Positions 28,201-43,200 of a stretch of DNA of 64,000 nt are shown here, piece by piece. The translations under genes and the position numbers were made by a program. This DNA comes from Sphyrna mokarran (lineage: Eukaryota): assembly GCA_024679065.1 (NCBI GenBank), contig JAGIQG010000016.1, forward strand, positions 11,160,001 through 11,224,000, in the 5' to 3' direction. The notes under the pieces are model-generated. The model had not been told where the DNA came from, searched no databases, and saw only the letters and a list, made by a program, of their open reading frames with translations. Numbering within the stretch: the first letter of the stretch is position 1; the number at the start of each line of letters is the position of its first letter.

Positions 28201-31200
28201 AAAATCATATCATAGTAGTAGGCCATTAGGCTCTCTGTACCAGTGTGAAGATGGTGATATACAACTCCAACTTCATCTGCATCATTGTGGTAAAGGTGTG
28301 GAAAAGGTGTTGCTTACAAACATTCATAATGTGTCCTTTTAAATAACGCTAATAATAAAAAAATGTTTTCCTGCATGCTCGTCGGTGTATCAATGTGTCC
28401 CGTAATATTTTTCCCGACCTTTAAAATGATTTCACCTGTCTGCTGAGCTCGTTAGTTAAATCGTCTCTCGACGTTGTCAAATGAATATGCAATGAATGAA
28501 GTGCTGTGGCCACGTTTGCAGCGACATCAATCAGTCATTATATTGAAATTCTCCTGCAGGAACCTATCAACTTGCGCACCATATGAAAAGGCCGGCCTTG
28601 CGAACATTCCTTTCATACCTATCCTTATTCAAATAGGTTAATTAGGCATTTGAAATTCTGAAAAAAAATGATGTTACACAGATCAAACAACAGGTTATGG
28701 TAGTCAGCTGGATGGCACTTAGATGAGCTCAAAAATCCGTATGGGCGTCGTCCGCTGACATAGCTTTTCGATGTCACCAAGTTTACGTTGTATTTTTTTC
28801 TACTCTAAGGAGGACAGTCATATCTACATTTCAGACCTTAAAATGACTCAACATGTCTCGATCCTACGCCAGAACTTCTACTCTGGGCTCTTCAAGGTGT
28901 TGTGCTGATCGTGAATGTCGTAAGGCACGACGGATGAACAGCAGAAGTTTGGAACGTCTCCGATCTAGGTTGGACATTGTTTACCAGTAGTAGCTAACAA
29001 TGCATGTGTCAGAAAAAAAAAATGTGATTGGACAGAAAACCTGATGTCACATTTTCAATGAATATTTTGGCGTCACGTCAGCTGTATATGTAGCATTGCT
29101 TTGCATACCAACTGACCAGGGAAAACATTTTGGTGAGGTGAATATATCTCTAACGCTGTTATTGAAAAAAAAGTTACCACAAAATAGTTGATTTATTTTT
29201 GTTTCTTCTTAATGATATACAACAGAAGAAAAGCTGGAAAAGAAAGTAAAAGGTTATTGCTCAAATTTCACCAGCTTCTGAGACATAAACATTTCATTTT
29301 TCTGTTCGGTATTTTTTTATATTGTTCAACTGAATTATTTTCTGTTAGCAGAGAAAATAAAAGTCTACCCAGACAGATATAAAGAGCATTTGTTTCAATT
29401 TGTGTGCGTGAACGTACAATGGTGTGGAGGAGTCTTTGGAAATGATAACACTATCACCGGTGATAACATTACTGGACTTGTAACAGATAGATCACTAACA
29501 CAGATGCAAGCGTTAAACCAGCGCTGCATGAAATTGAATCACATTTTAGCAAACCTATTGATTGCCGCTAGAAAAGACATACTCGATCTGAGTCTGAAAA
29601 GATGCGTCTTTTCGTTATTTAGCCAATTTGGTGCAAAAGTCTAAAACAAAACATTTAACAATTAACTGCTGTCTGTAAAGTTCTACCTTGTTTGTTCACA
29701 TTATCCACGACAATTTTGCACTGTTAATACAGGATTGCTTAATTGTTGACATCTTTGAATGTGGAAAAATATATCGTTGTATGTATTTTTTTCGCAACAG
29801 AGGTAGTTATTAAAACACATCAAATGATTTTAATAGCCATAGAACTATCACAGAGCAATAGGTAGGGGCATTTGAGCCTTAGAGTAATTGGCTTGTTCAG
29901 ATAAAGTACCTAAAATTAATGTTGAACATAAAGCGACAAACATTTCGAGTGAAACATGGACCACTTCTAATCTGTAGAACTGATGATCTTTCTGAACATA
30001 GCTTGCCAATAGATAATTCGGGTGCCATATTACCCTGTTAAGAACGACAGCTATGACATTCATGTTCAGCGAAAATGAACAACAGACTGGAGAAAGGGCT
30101 GAAGTCACATTTATATTAAACACGACAACCTATCGAAAATTGCAAAATTATTTACTTTTTTTTTGGAGTGACCTGCTAGATTGAAGCCTAGGCTGAACTT
30201 ATTTTCGGTACGATACCTATTTTGGAACTAAAGCTGAGTTCCAGCATCAGAATTAAACTACTGTCTGAAGATGACTGCTCAAAATCAAGCACTCCTTTGA
30301 AAGACCATTGAGGACTGAAATGGCAATAAGCAGTGTTGCGTTCGCCATTGACATGTATGCACGATTCTTCTGCAAATCATCACAAAATGGATTTTTGTTG
30401 AGATTTTCTTTCTTCAGCCAACATTTAATAACAATCCTTAAAAGACCAGTTGATATCAACATGATAATGTCGAAAGACACGCTTGCCTATGTGATGCGGC
30501 GGCAACAGTTAGAAATCCTACAGTCACTGCACCATATATCCTCGCTCATCATTTGTGTTCTAAAAAGTGGGCCAAACACTGTTAACAACATCCTGTATTC
30601 ACCATTTTCTTAAATACTTGTTGTGGTTGTTTCTGCCAGGCCATATTTTATTTCAGTGACGGCCATTAAGTAACCAGACATCTGAAATGAATAGTTGTGG
30701 TACTGTTTAGCTTTATTCGGAAACGAACAGGTTTTCACCACGTTTGACGTCATTGAACAATAGCTTCATGGACGCCGATGAAAGTGTTTGGATATTGTTC
30801 ACTGTTTGGAAACAAATATCGAAAAAAGGAAATGTATATCACTTGTGTAAGGCCTGTCATGTGACACGCATACCAAGAAATGATCTGATGCGCAGTTAAT
30901 GCTGAAAGTTCTGATGCTCACTTGAAACAAACATTTTCAGCATTCAGGATCGGCCGTTTTGCTGACAATTATGTATGCGAGGAAATTACAATTCGGAGCA
31001 CGAGTGAATCTTACTGGCCTATTAGATGTCAAGTTCGTGACTCTTATTTCAGTCATCGCAGCTAAGATTCTTGACATCAGTTTTGTAGAGAAAATTAATC
31101 TATTCAGACAGATGTAGAGAAGGGTTTGCACAAACCGTCGTAATTATAGAGTAAATAAATGTTCAAAATATTCCAAATCAAAATTTAGCAGTGTTAAGGA

Positions 31201-34200
31201 CTGATCTGCTCGTGCTTGGAAAATAGAGGCACAATAAAAACAAAACTAGCAGAAAACATCGTCAAAACCATTTTCCACAATAAAATGTTATTGCCTCGAC
31301 TAAGGCCCAACATAGCTGCAGTGTGGAGCTTAGAGATAATGCAATCCATATGCTTGTGAAATCTCGAGCTGTAGCACCTCCGAAAATGTGAAATCTACAA
31401 GCAAATAGAGTAGTTTATATGCTCCATTACATTTGGTTATCCATAATTTTGATACAATTTTATAGTATGCAAACATTAATATTGCAGAGACACAATTATT
31501 AAATTTCTTTGTAATAAACTGTTTACGTGCCCAAATCGTTTCAGCTCCAGCTATTCAAGAAAGTTTTCACAATTAACCTCCAGAGCACAATTGCGAATAG
31601 GCTTTATGCGCTGGTCTTCCCTTTGACGCGTTTAATTGAAACAATAAAAACTTCCTCTGTACAACATTCCTCTGTTAGCTACTCATATATCTGTCCAAAA
31701 TGTATCACAAAATATTTTTTCTTTAAATCAAAGATGACCGGAAGCCATTCTTATTTATCTGCTGCAAATGGTTTTTATGAGCTTAATTCCCAGCATTTAG
31801 AGGCTTTTCAAGACGAAGTATGATGGGCCAGATTTTTTGAGATCACTGTTCTGGTGTTAACTATTCCTTCTCCATCGGCAAATGGAATCGCTGGTGAAAG
31901 TTGGGAAATGTATCATTTACGAATCATGGATATTCAGAAAAAACAAGTCTTTCTATCTTTTGTTAGAATTTAACAGTCTCCAAGAGACGTGCCGTAAGTG
32001 GTTAATAATTTTGCACTTCTCAGAAATCAACGATCCTAATGTTGTAAATTTGTTTCACTATTGTTGCATATATGTTTGTTTTGGCTAAAATGCACGAAAC
32101 CGCGGAAGGTCAGAACAACTAACAGCAAAGGCATTGAAGATTAACAATAACAGGGAAGGGTAAAAAGACTCCTTTCTGCAGTACTAAAAACTGGTTTAGT
32201 GACAACAGGCCTGTGTGTAATTAAGTATCTGTTCAGAAATTTAATCTGGAACATTACTTTTCACGTTTAAGGGAGTTTCAAAGCTTCTTCGTTTAATGTT
32301 CAAATAAGAAATTAATTTTTAATTAAGGTTTGCTTTGCTCGCAATGACTGATTAATTGTTTAGTCAACCAACTGTTTCCTAGGACTAATCATAAACTCTG
32401 CTTATTTACCTGCGATTAGAAATTGAAGAGTGATAATGTTGAAAACATATGTTACTGATAGATGAGTGTTGGAGAGACGTAGGCACAGAACGAGAAGACA
32501 TGCGTAATCTTTCTTTTGTTTCTCGATGTCGAACTTTTTGTATTATTTCAGAAAACACATACGAGTACAATTCTCCTTCTTGAATTATGAATCATTACAT
32601 ATGTCAGCACATACGTGCGGTCACTGAGGCCATGCATGGTCAAGTTGCTCGCAGATGATCACGTGCTTGCCAGTCCGACAATAAAAAGGCCGGCGTTCCC
32701 GCATTGAATTTAGCAAAACAATTTCTCAATGGAACCTGTTCGTCAATTAGAAACTTCAATTGCATTACAACTGCAGAGTTTTGAATTATCATGACACTGA
32801 GAACAAAACAATTTCTATCTCTTACAGAAGCTGATCTGGAGCAAAAGATTTCAGGTGAAATACAGTTATAAATTTCCAAGATATGCTTTCTGATTGGAAA
32901 ATAATAATAACAAACAAAAATGGGGGTTATTTACCATAGGGAAACTTTAACCTTTTTCTGTAACTCAATGTTGTGATTTTGACAGCAGGTCTATGTATGG
33001 CCATTTGATGTGCTTGTACAAGTCTCCGAACACATGAACTAAGAAACCAAACTCTGTTTGAAATCCTGAGTTCCGCTGAATTAAAAACAAAAAATCGTAC
33101 AACTTTAATATGTTGAATTGGGGCGAATGAGATCAAAGTTTATGGGTAGAAGTAGGTTTATGATCAGCTGTGATCGTAATGAATACCGACCAGGTTCGAA
33201 GGGACAAGCGGCTTCTCCGTCGCTAATTTTCTATGTTTCGATGCCATTTTTTTTTTCATCTCAGGTACAATCTGAACATTTTCAAAGAAGAGATACATAG
33301 ACCTCCCCACCCCCTTTTCCTCTCCCGCTCTAGCCCTTATCGCTGCCCTGTGAAAATGCTAACCTATCAACCAATTGACGAGTCCTCATATGTGTACATG
33401 ATATTTGTTACAGAACAGAACGCAGTTAACGTTAGCTGAACCATCTCCGCTGTACAATTCCAACTGTGCTACAACCTGTAATCGAAACTGTCGATCCACG
33501 TTTTACGAATTTCAGACGTGGAAACAAATGAAACAAAACAGAATATAGAATTCAAAGTGCGCTGCAGGTCCAATGGGACACCCGTCCCGCCAGTCATTCG
33601 GGTAGTGACAGATGTAATTCAATGCAGATTTCCTGCACAACGGCAGAGGACGTTTATTTATTCTGCGACGTATACTTAGCGATTACAGATTTACATGTAA
33701 ATATATATCACGCTCCCCATCCCCATGGCCACATTCTTTTGAAGAAAAATCATTTCAACGATTCACCGCATTCGAAGTGACGCGAATCCTTGTCTCATCC
33801 TTAAAATTTGCACCTTAGTTTGAGATTGTACTCTTTATATCCTCGCCACACCCATTCCAAAGAATACTTAATTAACCAATGCCAGAATACGAAAGCACTT
33901 TTTTTATGGTTCACAGAACTAAAAGACACTAATGACCAACGTCAGAAGTTAGGTGAGCAATACTTTTAAAAAGAGTTACCGAAATTACTGAATTGAATTT
34001 GGAATGATAAACAGCCTCATTGATGAAGTTACCATTTGTCTTTAGCTTCAAACGACACGAACACTTTTGAAATTGTATTAATTCATTGAGGCATAGAGTT
34101 CTGAATTTCAGTCAGACTGATGATCCACAATGATAGGGAGGATATTGGTCATTTCGAAAGATGATTTTCACGACCAAGGTGTTGTTGTTGCGTTTAGAAA

Positions 34201-37200
34201 ATCATGATTAAGATGTGTGTTTGAGTTTCCAACCGATGCAATCAGATATTGTTGAAATCAGTGTGGATGTCTTGGGTTAAGATTCAGACAAATTAAGAAT
34301 GATATTGGGCACCCGAACATATGTAACTTTCATTACACTTCAATTTTCAAAACTTGAATTTTGTCAATTTTGTCACCTTATTTATAAACAACATCATAAT
34401 GGTTTTGTATTTGGATTGCCGGAGTGAACATGCCATTCAGATGACATCACACATGCGTTTTGTGTCTTCAATGCAGATGCCGTCGCGTAATGTGTGATAA
34501 CAGAGAGCAACGTGTTGAATTAAGGGGAATTGTGGCGAACAATGTTAAAGTGTCTTTATTGTTCAGAGCAACTATAAAAAAACAATGATCCGATCGTGAG
34601 AACAAACACCAAACGTCTTGTTATGATTTCAATGGTGATCTGTAGATTTCTGCCGACCATTTGCTGTCATTGACGCAAAGTCTTAGTGATTGATTTGAAT
34701 CGGACTCATCTTTGGTTGCGAGTGAGATCGAATACAATAACTTCAGTTAGAGTCACGATAATTGCATGGAAAGCAGGAAGGTCATGTTACTCATTGCGGG
34801 GAAACATTTCACACAATCAAAACGTGCAGTGTTTGCTGAGGAGCCCTGGAATGTAGCACACACAAAATATTTGACCAATATTGAGCGCTTCTTAATCTGC
34901 CGTCATTCAAGGCTATATTATGCATGGCACGTCATCACACTTTGGTCAGATATCATGTTCCTCATCCATACTCTGCAAAAATAATAAATACTTTACTTGT
35001 TCCGGTCACTGACGACTATGCTAAGGTCAATGGTATTTTCCCATGCGGTCTTTCAGAAAGCACACAGTTTGATTCCTTGTTCCAACATCCACATCCAGCT
35101 TTCAGCTACTTCCTCACTCATATAGACTGCAATTTTTGCAAGATCGTCATTCTGTGGAAAAAAAATATTTCGAATAAGGGGAGTGGGTATTGAGATTAAT
35201 ATTCTTGCATTTGCTATCAAGTGTTATCTCGCGCATGAGGTAGAACTTTGTACAAAGTAAAGATTTGTTAACAAAAATAATAATTCGAAAGGAAATCGTC
35301 TTTGGATCATTCTATTATCGGGAAGATAAATGCTGGTCCGCTTCTTCTCAACATGTTATTTTCAGAAAGCTGCTGGAGACCTCGTGAGCATAACTGAGTT
35401 CGTTGTGTAACATTGCATGAAGGCCTTCACGAATTTAAACTTAAGGAGGGAACTGGAATGCACCTATTCCTGAAGGGATACCCATCGTCACGCGTCACTA
35501 GCTGCTACTGCTGCACACAGAACGTCAAAATGGCCAATGTCTGAATGTCACATCGGATAGTGTTAATGTCGGCGATATTCACGGTAGCAACATTGAGGAG
35601 TTAATGTAAGCCTACTTCTGGGGCAATTAATTAATTAATTAAGTGGGCGAACAAGTACATATGTATGCAAATAAGAAATGCATATCACAGAACTGATATC
35701 TTGTTACGGAAAATGCTTCCTTCCAGAAAGATCTACCATCAATTATCTCCGGATTTGACCACGCCAATGTGGGAATGTTCTCACTGATGACATATACGAT
35801 CTCATGGAACTCTTGTGTTCATTGAGGCTGTCCCAGCAATGAAGCAACAGACAAACGACATTCCTGAAATCATGTTTTACTCTGAATGAAGTGGCCTTAT
35901 AGCACCAGAGGTCTGCGTTTGATTCATGGCTTGGGTCACTGCACATTTTGCTGTGTTTCTTGGGTATTCTCCGGGTGTTGCCGTTTCCTCCCACAGGTCC
36001 AAAAATTCGGCTGATTGACAATGTTAAATTGTCTCTTATTATCACAACTATTCAGGCAGTTTATCGGTCGGCTGCGAAATTGAAAGGATAAGCCACGCTG
36101 CAGTAACACGTTTTCCTTAAAGGTTTGAAAAGATTCTGACTTTGCTGTGCCCTCCAACACTGCTCGATGTCTCGCGGTTCATGATGGATGGTCAATCAGA
36201 GACAAGTCAAACTAACATTGCCGGCTGTGAATTTGATCCATCTGCATGGATTGGGTATGATGACTGCTGCCAATTCTCCATGAAAGTGGACAAGATCGTA
36301 TTTTGATTTTAGCAGTCTTTTTTTTAAACGAAGACTGGATAGCAAATAATGCTATGACTAAGCGTTTAAAGTCACTCTAGTTATCGCGGAGAACAGGTAA
36401 AACTTCTACTACGTTTGGAAGCGGTTAGTAATTTCTTAATTGATCTAACCAAGCTGAAGGGCAGCCAAAAACACTTTATCCGTTTAATGTGTGTTGCTTT
36501 GGTCCCCGACCTCTAATTTCGTAGGCTGGGGCCAGACACAGAATCATGTCTGGTATTTTGAAAGCTAACCCTACCTTCCTGGCAAGAACCCTTTGTCGGG
36601 CGATCTCAGAAATGTAAAATCCATTAAATTCTTAGGGAAAGAATGTGCTTATTGAGCAGCGTGCAGCTTTCTCAGTATATTGTCTGCAGGATTGTTGTTT
36701 CAATGTCCAGCAAATTGCTCTGAGATGGCCGCGATGAGACATTGAGGAAAAATAAAGTTCAGTGTGACAGGGACAAATGTATAAAGAGAAATGGGACACA
36801 TTCCACGAAGACTGAGGAGATAACAGCAACAATAATTTTAGATCCGTAATCAGCAAACAGAGTGACGAGGTCACTGCTAAGCTGAACTGTGTGTCCATCT
36901 GAAGATTTTAAATTCGCCCAAAGAAGATCTACAACTGAAAACAGATATTGGCACTAGGAGTTGTAATGACTTCACGGTGAGTTATGGTAATCATTCTGTT
37001 CACATTAAAGAGAGGTTAAAGTATGTTTAGAATAACACCGTTATTGGTCCGATTTTATTCCTGATTATTGGGCATTGAGGTGATGAAGTTTTAAATACAA
37101 TTCCACAAAATTGAATTTAAAGCTGCTTCAGTTTTGGAAGAGCAAATTGCTCTCGGATGTCAGCGATACGACACTGAATTTTTTTTAAGGTTTTGCGAGC

Positions 37201-40200
37201 GGCGGTAAAGTTTAGAGCTACAGCTGCACTCGCCAAATTTAACAAATTGAACTCTCAGGGGTTTTGTTGCGGTCCATTACTGAGAAGGGTGTAGTCTGTG
37301 ATGGAGCTGGATTCAAACTGTAATCTTATGCATGCACTCTTGAAGCTTCTGGTAAATGTTAGTTTCAATTCTGTAAGTGAAGGTGGATAATCTGCATATT
37401 TAGAATATTGCATACCTTGCATTTTCTGTGGTTCTTTGTATTCACGCCAATAGAGTATTGTTTTGGCAGTCTGTCAAATTTTGTTGCAAACGAACAATTA
37501 GTCAGTTTCTGATTTGGGATCTTTTGATGGCATTCGCTGATTCGAAACATAATCTTTCACAAAAAGTAACGTAATCTCTCACAGTGACTTCATTGAGAAG
37601 TATTTCGATTTCGCTGGTTAGACGGGAAGAAATTCCGCAAATTTGACTGAAACGCATGAAGTTTAATGGCATTGTCAAAAGGTTGCTGAATTGGAAACAA
37701 CAGGGGTGACCTTTGAAAAGTGAGAGAATGTGATTGGGAAACGCCGTGAAGCATGTCCGTTTTGTCAAAGCATGACATGTGTTCCAACCTTCTTTTCCTC
37801 AAAAGAAGGCAGAAGATTTGAACATATTTCAGCTAAACTAAGACAATAATTTGAAAATCATTGAGCTGTAAATAAATCGGCAGCACATAGTAATGTAAAT
37901 TTGAAATAAGAAGTCTTTTAAGCATTGTATGAACTTCGACTTTAAGAAGTCATTTTCCAGGCAATTTTGGCATATGTCAAAAAGAGCACCTTTTTGAAGT
38001 CGAAATGTGGTGAATATTAATTTGAAGCTCCCTGCAGATTTACACGTTACCATGTCTCTGTGTTTCCCACAATCAGCAAACTAATCAAAATGACATGAAC
38101 ACAAAGGCCCTCCAGTCGAAATGTAGAATGTTCAGCCAAAAATCTCAGCTCTCTATATCTCATTGCGCATTTAAACTGCGTCACTTTCTTGCATTCTCTA
38201 TTAGCATGTTTTGTGTTTCTTTTCGCAAGCAGTATTTCACTCTCCATAGAAGTCTATGTGAATCGCTTACCGCTATCATTTGCTGACCAGCATGTTTTCA
38301 ATTGTCCTCAGTAGATGAATGTATTGCTATTGGCAAAATAATTTATTTCGCCAACTAAACGCAGAATCTTGTTTTTTTATTGGCACTTTAACGATCCACA
38401 ATGATTGTTATTAAACTTACTAAGTTAACTGATCACTGACCAAGTAACTATTAATCGTGTCATGGATTTTTCTTTTCTCCCCTCAAAGCTTACATCTACT
38501 AGATTTCAACAGACAGTTAGTTAGTTAATCAACTAATCTTTGCAACTTTTAACAAAACAAGGTGTGGATAATTCGTAGTTCAACACCTCACTGGTACCTG
38601 CCTAGAATAAAATGACTACTGCAAGAAAATAAGGCACTGACTTCGTTATTTATATTAATTTCCTTCAACTAACCGGCAGGCTTTTAAGGCACTCTCGGTA
38701 CGATATTAACACTATGTGCAGAGAGTATCTTACCTCTGTTACACAATTCTGAAATCCAATTTTCACCATGAGCTTCTAAACATTCTTGTTCCTGGTGAAA
38801 TCAAGTGGATTGAATTCCTTTTCTTCGTGATCTGAAAACACCATCCCGGACCATCCAATGTGGTTCGGTCAGATACTTACTCTATGTTTCACGTATTTCT
38901 GTTGCTCCTGTCTGAAAAATATCAGTTCAGTCAGATTTTCAATTATCATTAATAATATGTATTGCAATTTCATTATGCAAGGATGTACAAGGACTTGTTG
39001 CATCAGTCGAGTAATTTGGCTCTCTGTCAACAACGTTCCTGTTTTTTTTTTAATGATGTAATCGGACAAACTCTTCACCGAAAGGATCCCACCAATAATT
39101 TCGATTTTGCTTGCTAATATTCGTTTTTTTTCTTCTTGAGACGCAATATTGCACAACTGAAGTTGCAGTAGTTACCAGGGAATTGCTTTGATTTTTTTTT
39201 TCTCTCGAATGCCCCAGGTCTGATTTCACTGAGATCGTGAATATGTTAAGAACAACAGGCATTGTAGATGCAATTGTCTTTGGCGTCGCTCCTCGGCTGA
39301 CGGCATGACTCTTCGACATAGATGCAGATATATCCAGATGAATAAAGGAACATTTCTGCATAGAACACGATGTGATATTTTGGGGTTCACTTGCAAAGGT
39401 AGCGGCAGCATCTGGTCAATTATTTCCGTAACTCCGAACATGATAAGTTCTTGTTCCTATAATGTTTCTGTTGCCAAATATGTCTCAAAAGACAAAACAA
39501 AACGTATTTAGTCATTTTGTACGGAACCAGTGTTATGCTGTTTTTATTACTTTTCAGAAATTCAAAGCCAGTTCCTTACTTGTTCCAGTATTTTGGAAAA
39601 ATAATGCGTGACCTTGGTTAAAATGAGATTCATTGAAAATACAAAAAAAAAGTGAGTCCAATGAAGAATGTTCAATTAACTTTTCTGCAAACTTTCTTTC
39701 CCTCCCTTATTGATTGAATCTATTGACAGAAAAAGAAAAGAAAGGTAAGCTTGAATTCCATGAGTGAGAATATAGTGTGCAGGTCAAACTATTTCTTGAG
39801 AAAAAAAAGTCTTACCATCAGAAGATTTGCCCCAATTATTCATTATTGATTTATTGGTCTGAAGGTGAAAATGGCTTATGGGTTTCTCAATCGAGGCATC
39901 GATTACAAAAGCAGCAACACCATGTTGGAGCAGTACAAAAATGTGCAAGGACAACACTAGTGCACTGTATACAGTTCTGGTCGTCACATTATAGGAAATT
40001 TTGACAATAGATTAGATTAGCAAGTATAGTGCTATAATAGCATGTTTAAACTTTGAAGAGGTCGCATAGACCTGGATCAGAGCTGTTAAGGCGAAAGAAC
40101 AATCTGATTGAAGGTACAAAGAACGAGACACATGGGCACAGTGGAGAAGGAAATGCTATTCCCTTCAGTTGAAGGCCAGTCATAAGCCTTAATAGTATCA

Positions 40201-43200
40201 AACTGAGTGGAGTAGGTTTAGTGGAATGGAAACAAATGCTATGTTCTATAAAGACGATAATGATAGTCCCAAATGCGTGCCTTAAAGAGTGAAGTGGCGG
40301 TTTCCCACATATTGAGCAAAGGTACTTTATTGAGCTATTGAGACGTTACAACACTGGGCCAAATGTTATTATAAGGGATTACTTGGGATGTCAGTTGTTT
40401 CTTGCGTGCCAACATTACTTGAACGACTGAATTGTCACTTCCACACTGTACGGTTGGAGTTGCTCCAATGGTGAAGTCAGCCTCGCTCCGATCAGTAGAT
40501 GTTTTCAAACTAACATCTTTAGATTTTCGATTCAGTAAAAAAAAAAGTACTACTATGGACAATTCAATAGCCCAAATTATTATTATCGTTGAAATTGTAA
40601 GAATTATCCACTCATTTGTTCGGAGGTATATGCTTCATTCGTATCAGCATGTAGCTTTCAGTCATTCAGGACGAAGTGTTGAATTCTCCAAGTTCACAAA
40701 GCTCTGTCTGGGGTGCATATGAATTATCAAAAGTGTTGATTGCTTTGAGAAGTGTTTAGCGGAAGCCAGTAGCAGAAGCTTACCTGAATTTCACCTGATT
40801 TATTTTAATCAATAGAAAATCGATGCCATGTTGAGTGTTGATTATTCTTCGATTGTGGTGTTCAGTGAATAATGACAGGCTTCGTTCAATACTGTTCATA
40901 TATGTTTTATTTGTTGTTGTTTTCTTAATCACTTACATTTAAATGCATATTGTTGAACGCAAATTCGTTCAGATATCTTGCATAAAGCTTTAGTTGATGA
41001 TATTATTCAGACGTAGTGGTTGATGTTTACTTAAAATGATGACGAGCAGTCCTGCAGAAAAAAAAACACTTCATCTCTAAATTCAGGTTACATTTTTATT
41101 CTACTTTTATCTGTATAAGATCTCGAAGCAAAAGAGAAAATCGATGGTGAGGAAATATATTTTGTTCACTTCGAGCCTCCCGTCAATGGAATGAAGCCCT
41201 TGTAAATTGACGTTTAAACATATAATTATGTCATTGTTACCCTGTGAGTATTTGCATCTCAATAAATCCCATATTATCAGTAATGGAGCATACTAAATAT
41301 TAATGCATTACTTCGTACGTAATGCAACAAAATGAAATGCGTCATGGTGGGTGACACATACAGCATAAATCACATTGGAGTTACAGTATACTTGCCAGTT
41401 AAGATTCGTTTATGTTTTCACGAAAGCAGTAGGATATTGAATGGTTCGTGAAAATCAATGCTATTTAATTTGTGCAAAAAATATTTAGGCTATCGCGGAT
41501 CTTGCTTCTTAATTCACTGCAGATTTCCAGGGAAGTTGTTTCGCCTTTCTGTCATTTACTTAGTGGGAAAAAGTAGAATATTTATATTTTCATGGAAAGT
41601 TTTTTTTTGGGGGGAGCAACGTTGCTTGCGATTTCATCTCATTGTTTCAACGAATTCTGTATTAAAGGATCGAAAACCCATCTGAACATGCAATGGAACG
41701 TTCTAAAGGCAGTTGAACTTGTTAACTGAACACCGCACAACAACAAGACAATGAGAACGCAATAACATGCATTTTGTGTGAGATTTGCGAAAAAAAAACA
41801 TGGCACTTCTGTACTTTTAAAGATAAAACAATTTGTGTAATGATCGGTACCAACACTTCACTGGGACCAGCTTCCTTAACTTGTAGGTCAGTTTTCTCCT
41901 CAAACTGTTCAACAGAATTCATAATCGTGTCATTTGGTTTTAATCAGGAGATTAAGCGAGGTTTTTTTTTTATTGTATATTGAATGCTCTCAACATGAAA
42001 CTCCAAAAGTGTAACATTGAGAGATGACAATGAGTTCTCGTCTAATCTGGGACTCAAAATTCAGTGAGTGATACAGAACACGTTTGAGTCAGTGGGTGAG
42101 ATAACAAAGACAATAAGGTGAATAGCAGAATGGTGTTGTGTTCTAGAAGTGAATGGAGCAAAGTCCATTACTCGTGAACAAATAGAGCATCAGGCTGGCA
42201 TAGAATGAAATGTGGCAGACTCGCTATAGAGGCAAAACTCCAGTACCCACAATCCCAGAAGAATAAATATATCAAAGGATCACTTTTCTGATGATTTTCA
42301 GGTTTTAAATTGCGACCGGGAGATCAAACTTTGAGAAGATCACACGCGATGGCTCGTACAATTCGGTGCCACCAGGGGCAGTGAATTTGAAATTCGTTTC
42401 AAAGATGTACAACATTGCGATAGCCCTATTCCAGGCCAAACATAAATTAATGCAAAACAATTTATTCAAGTGTGTGAGCATGTAATGTTTCTGAATGCAA
42501 ACAAATTAAAACCCGACTGCAACGGCATGGGTAAGTTCCATTGTTGCAGCCCGGTGGTTTTGCAGTGTTTGCTTGTTTTTTTTTTTCTCTCAGGGTCAAT
42601 GGAGATATTGAGTGCAGCTACGTCTAAGGCTAAATATACATGCACTTTATACATGCACAGATCTTTTACACCATCACATGGTACTGGACAGCAAAATTAA
42701 GCGGCAGGCATGTATTTACCATGAGTTCTCCCATCAGCAGTTAAACTTCAAGTAATATTCAGAAATCAGAAATTTCACTTTTTTTTTAAACTGATGCAAA
42801 CTTCATACAGAAATACCAGATGATAGGTGTATCTCTTGGAATGATTGATTGTGACAGTTGTGAAGTTATCCCAGGAACAGAGCAGCACGGCACCGCGACA
42901 AAAACTGTGTGGAGTTTTGGTCGCCGCATTCGAGGAAGGATACACCGGCCTTGGAGGGGGTGCAGAGAAGGTTTACTAGGCTGATACCGGAGATGAGGGC
43001 GTTGGATTATGAGGAGAGACTGAATAGGCTAGGTTTGTACTCTTTGGAGATTAGAAGGCCGAGAGGGGATCTTATAGAGACGTATAAGATAATGAAAGGG
43101 ATGAATAGGATCGAGGTTGAGAGACTCTTCCCGCTTAGCAAAGATAACAGGACTAGCGGGCACATCATCAAAATTAGCGGTGGTGGAGGGAGGGGTTTCT

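Noticed and set aside
35366-35383. 18-nt candidate exon with gtgagc donor
   Set aside because: Phase-1 reading ESCWRP does not fit the coiled-coil and has no module counterpart
39558-39587. 30-nt candidate ([10 protein letters not shown]) with a strong acceptor
   Set aside because: Weak donor (A|gtattt) and outside the module pattern; cannot be excluded without RNA data
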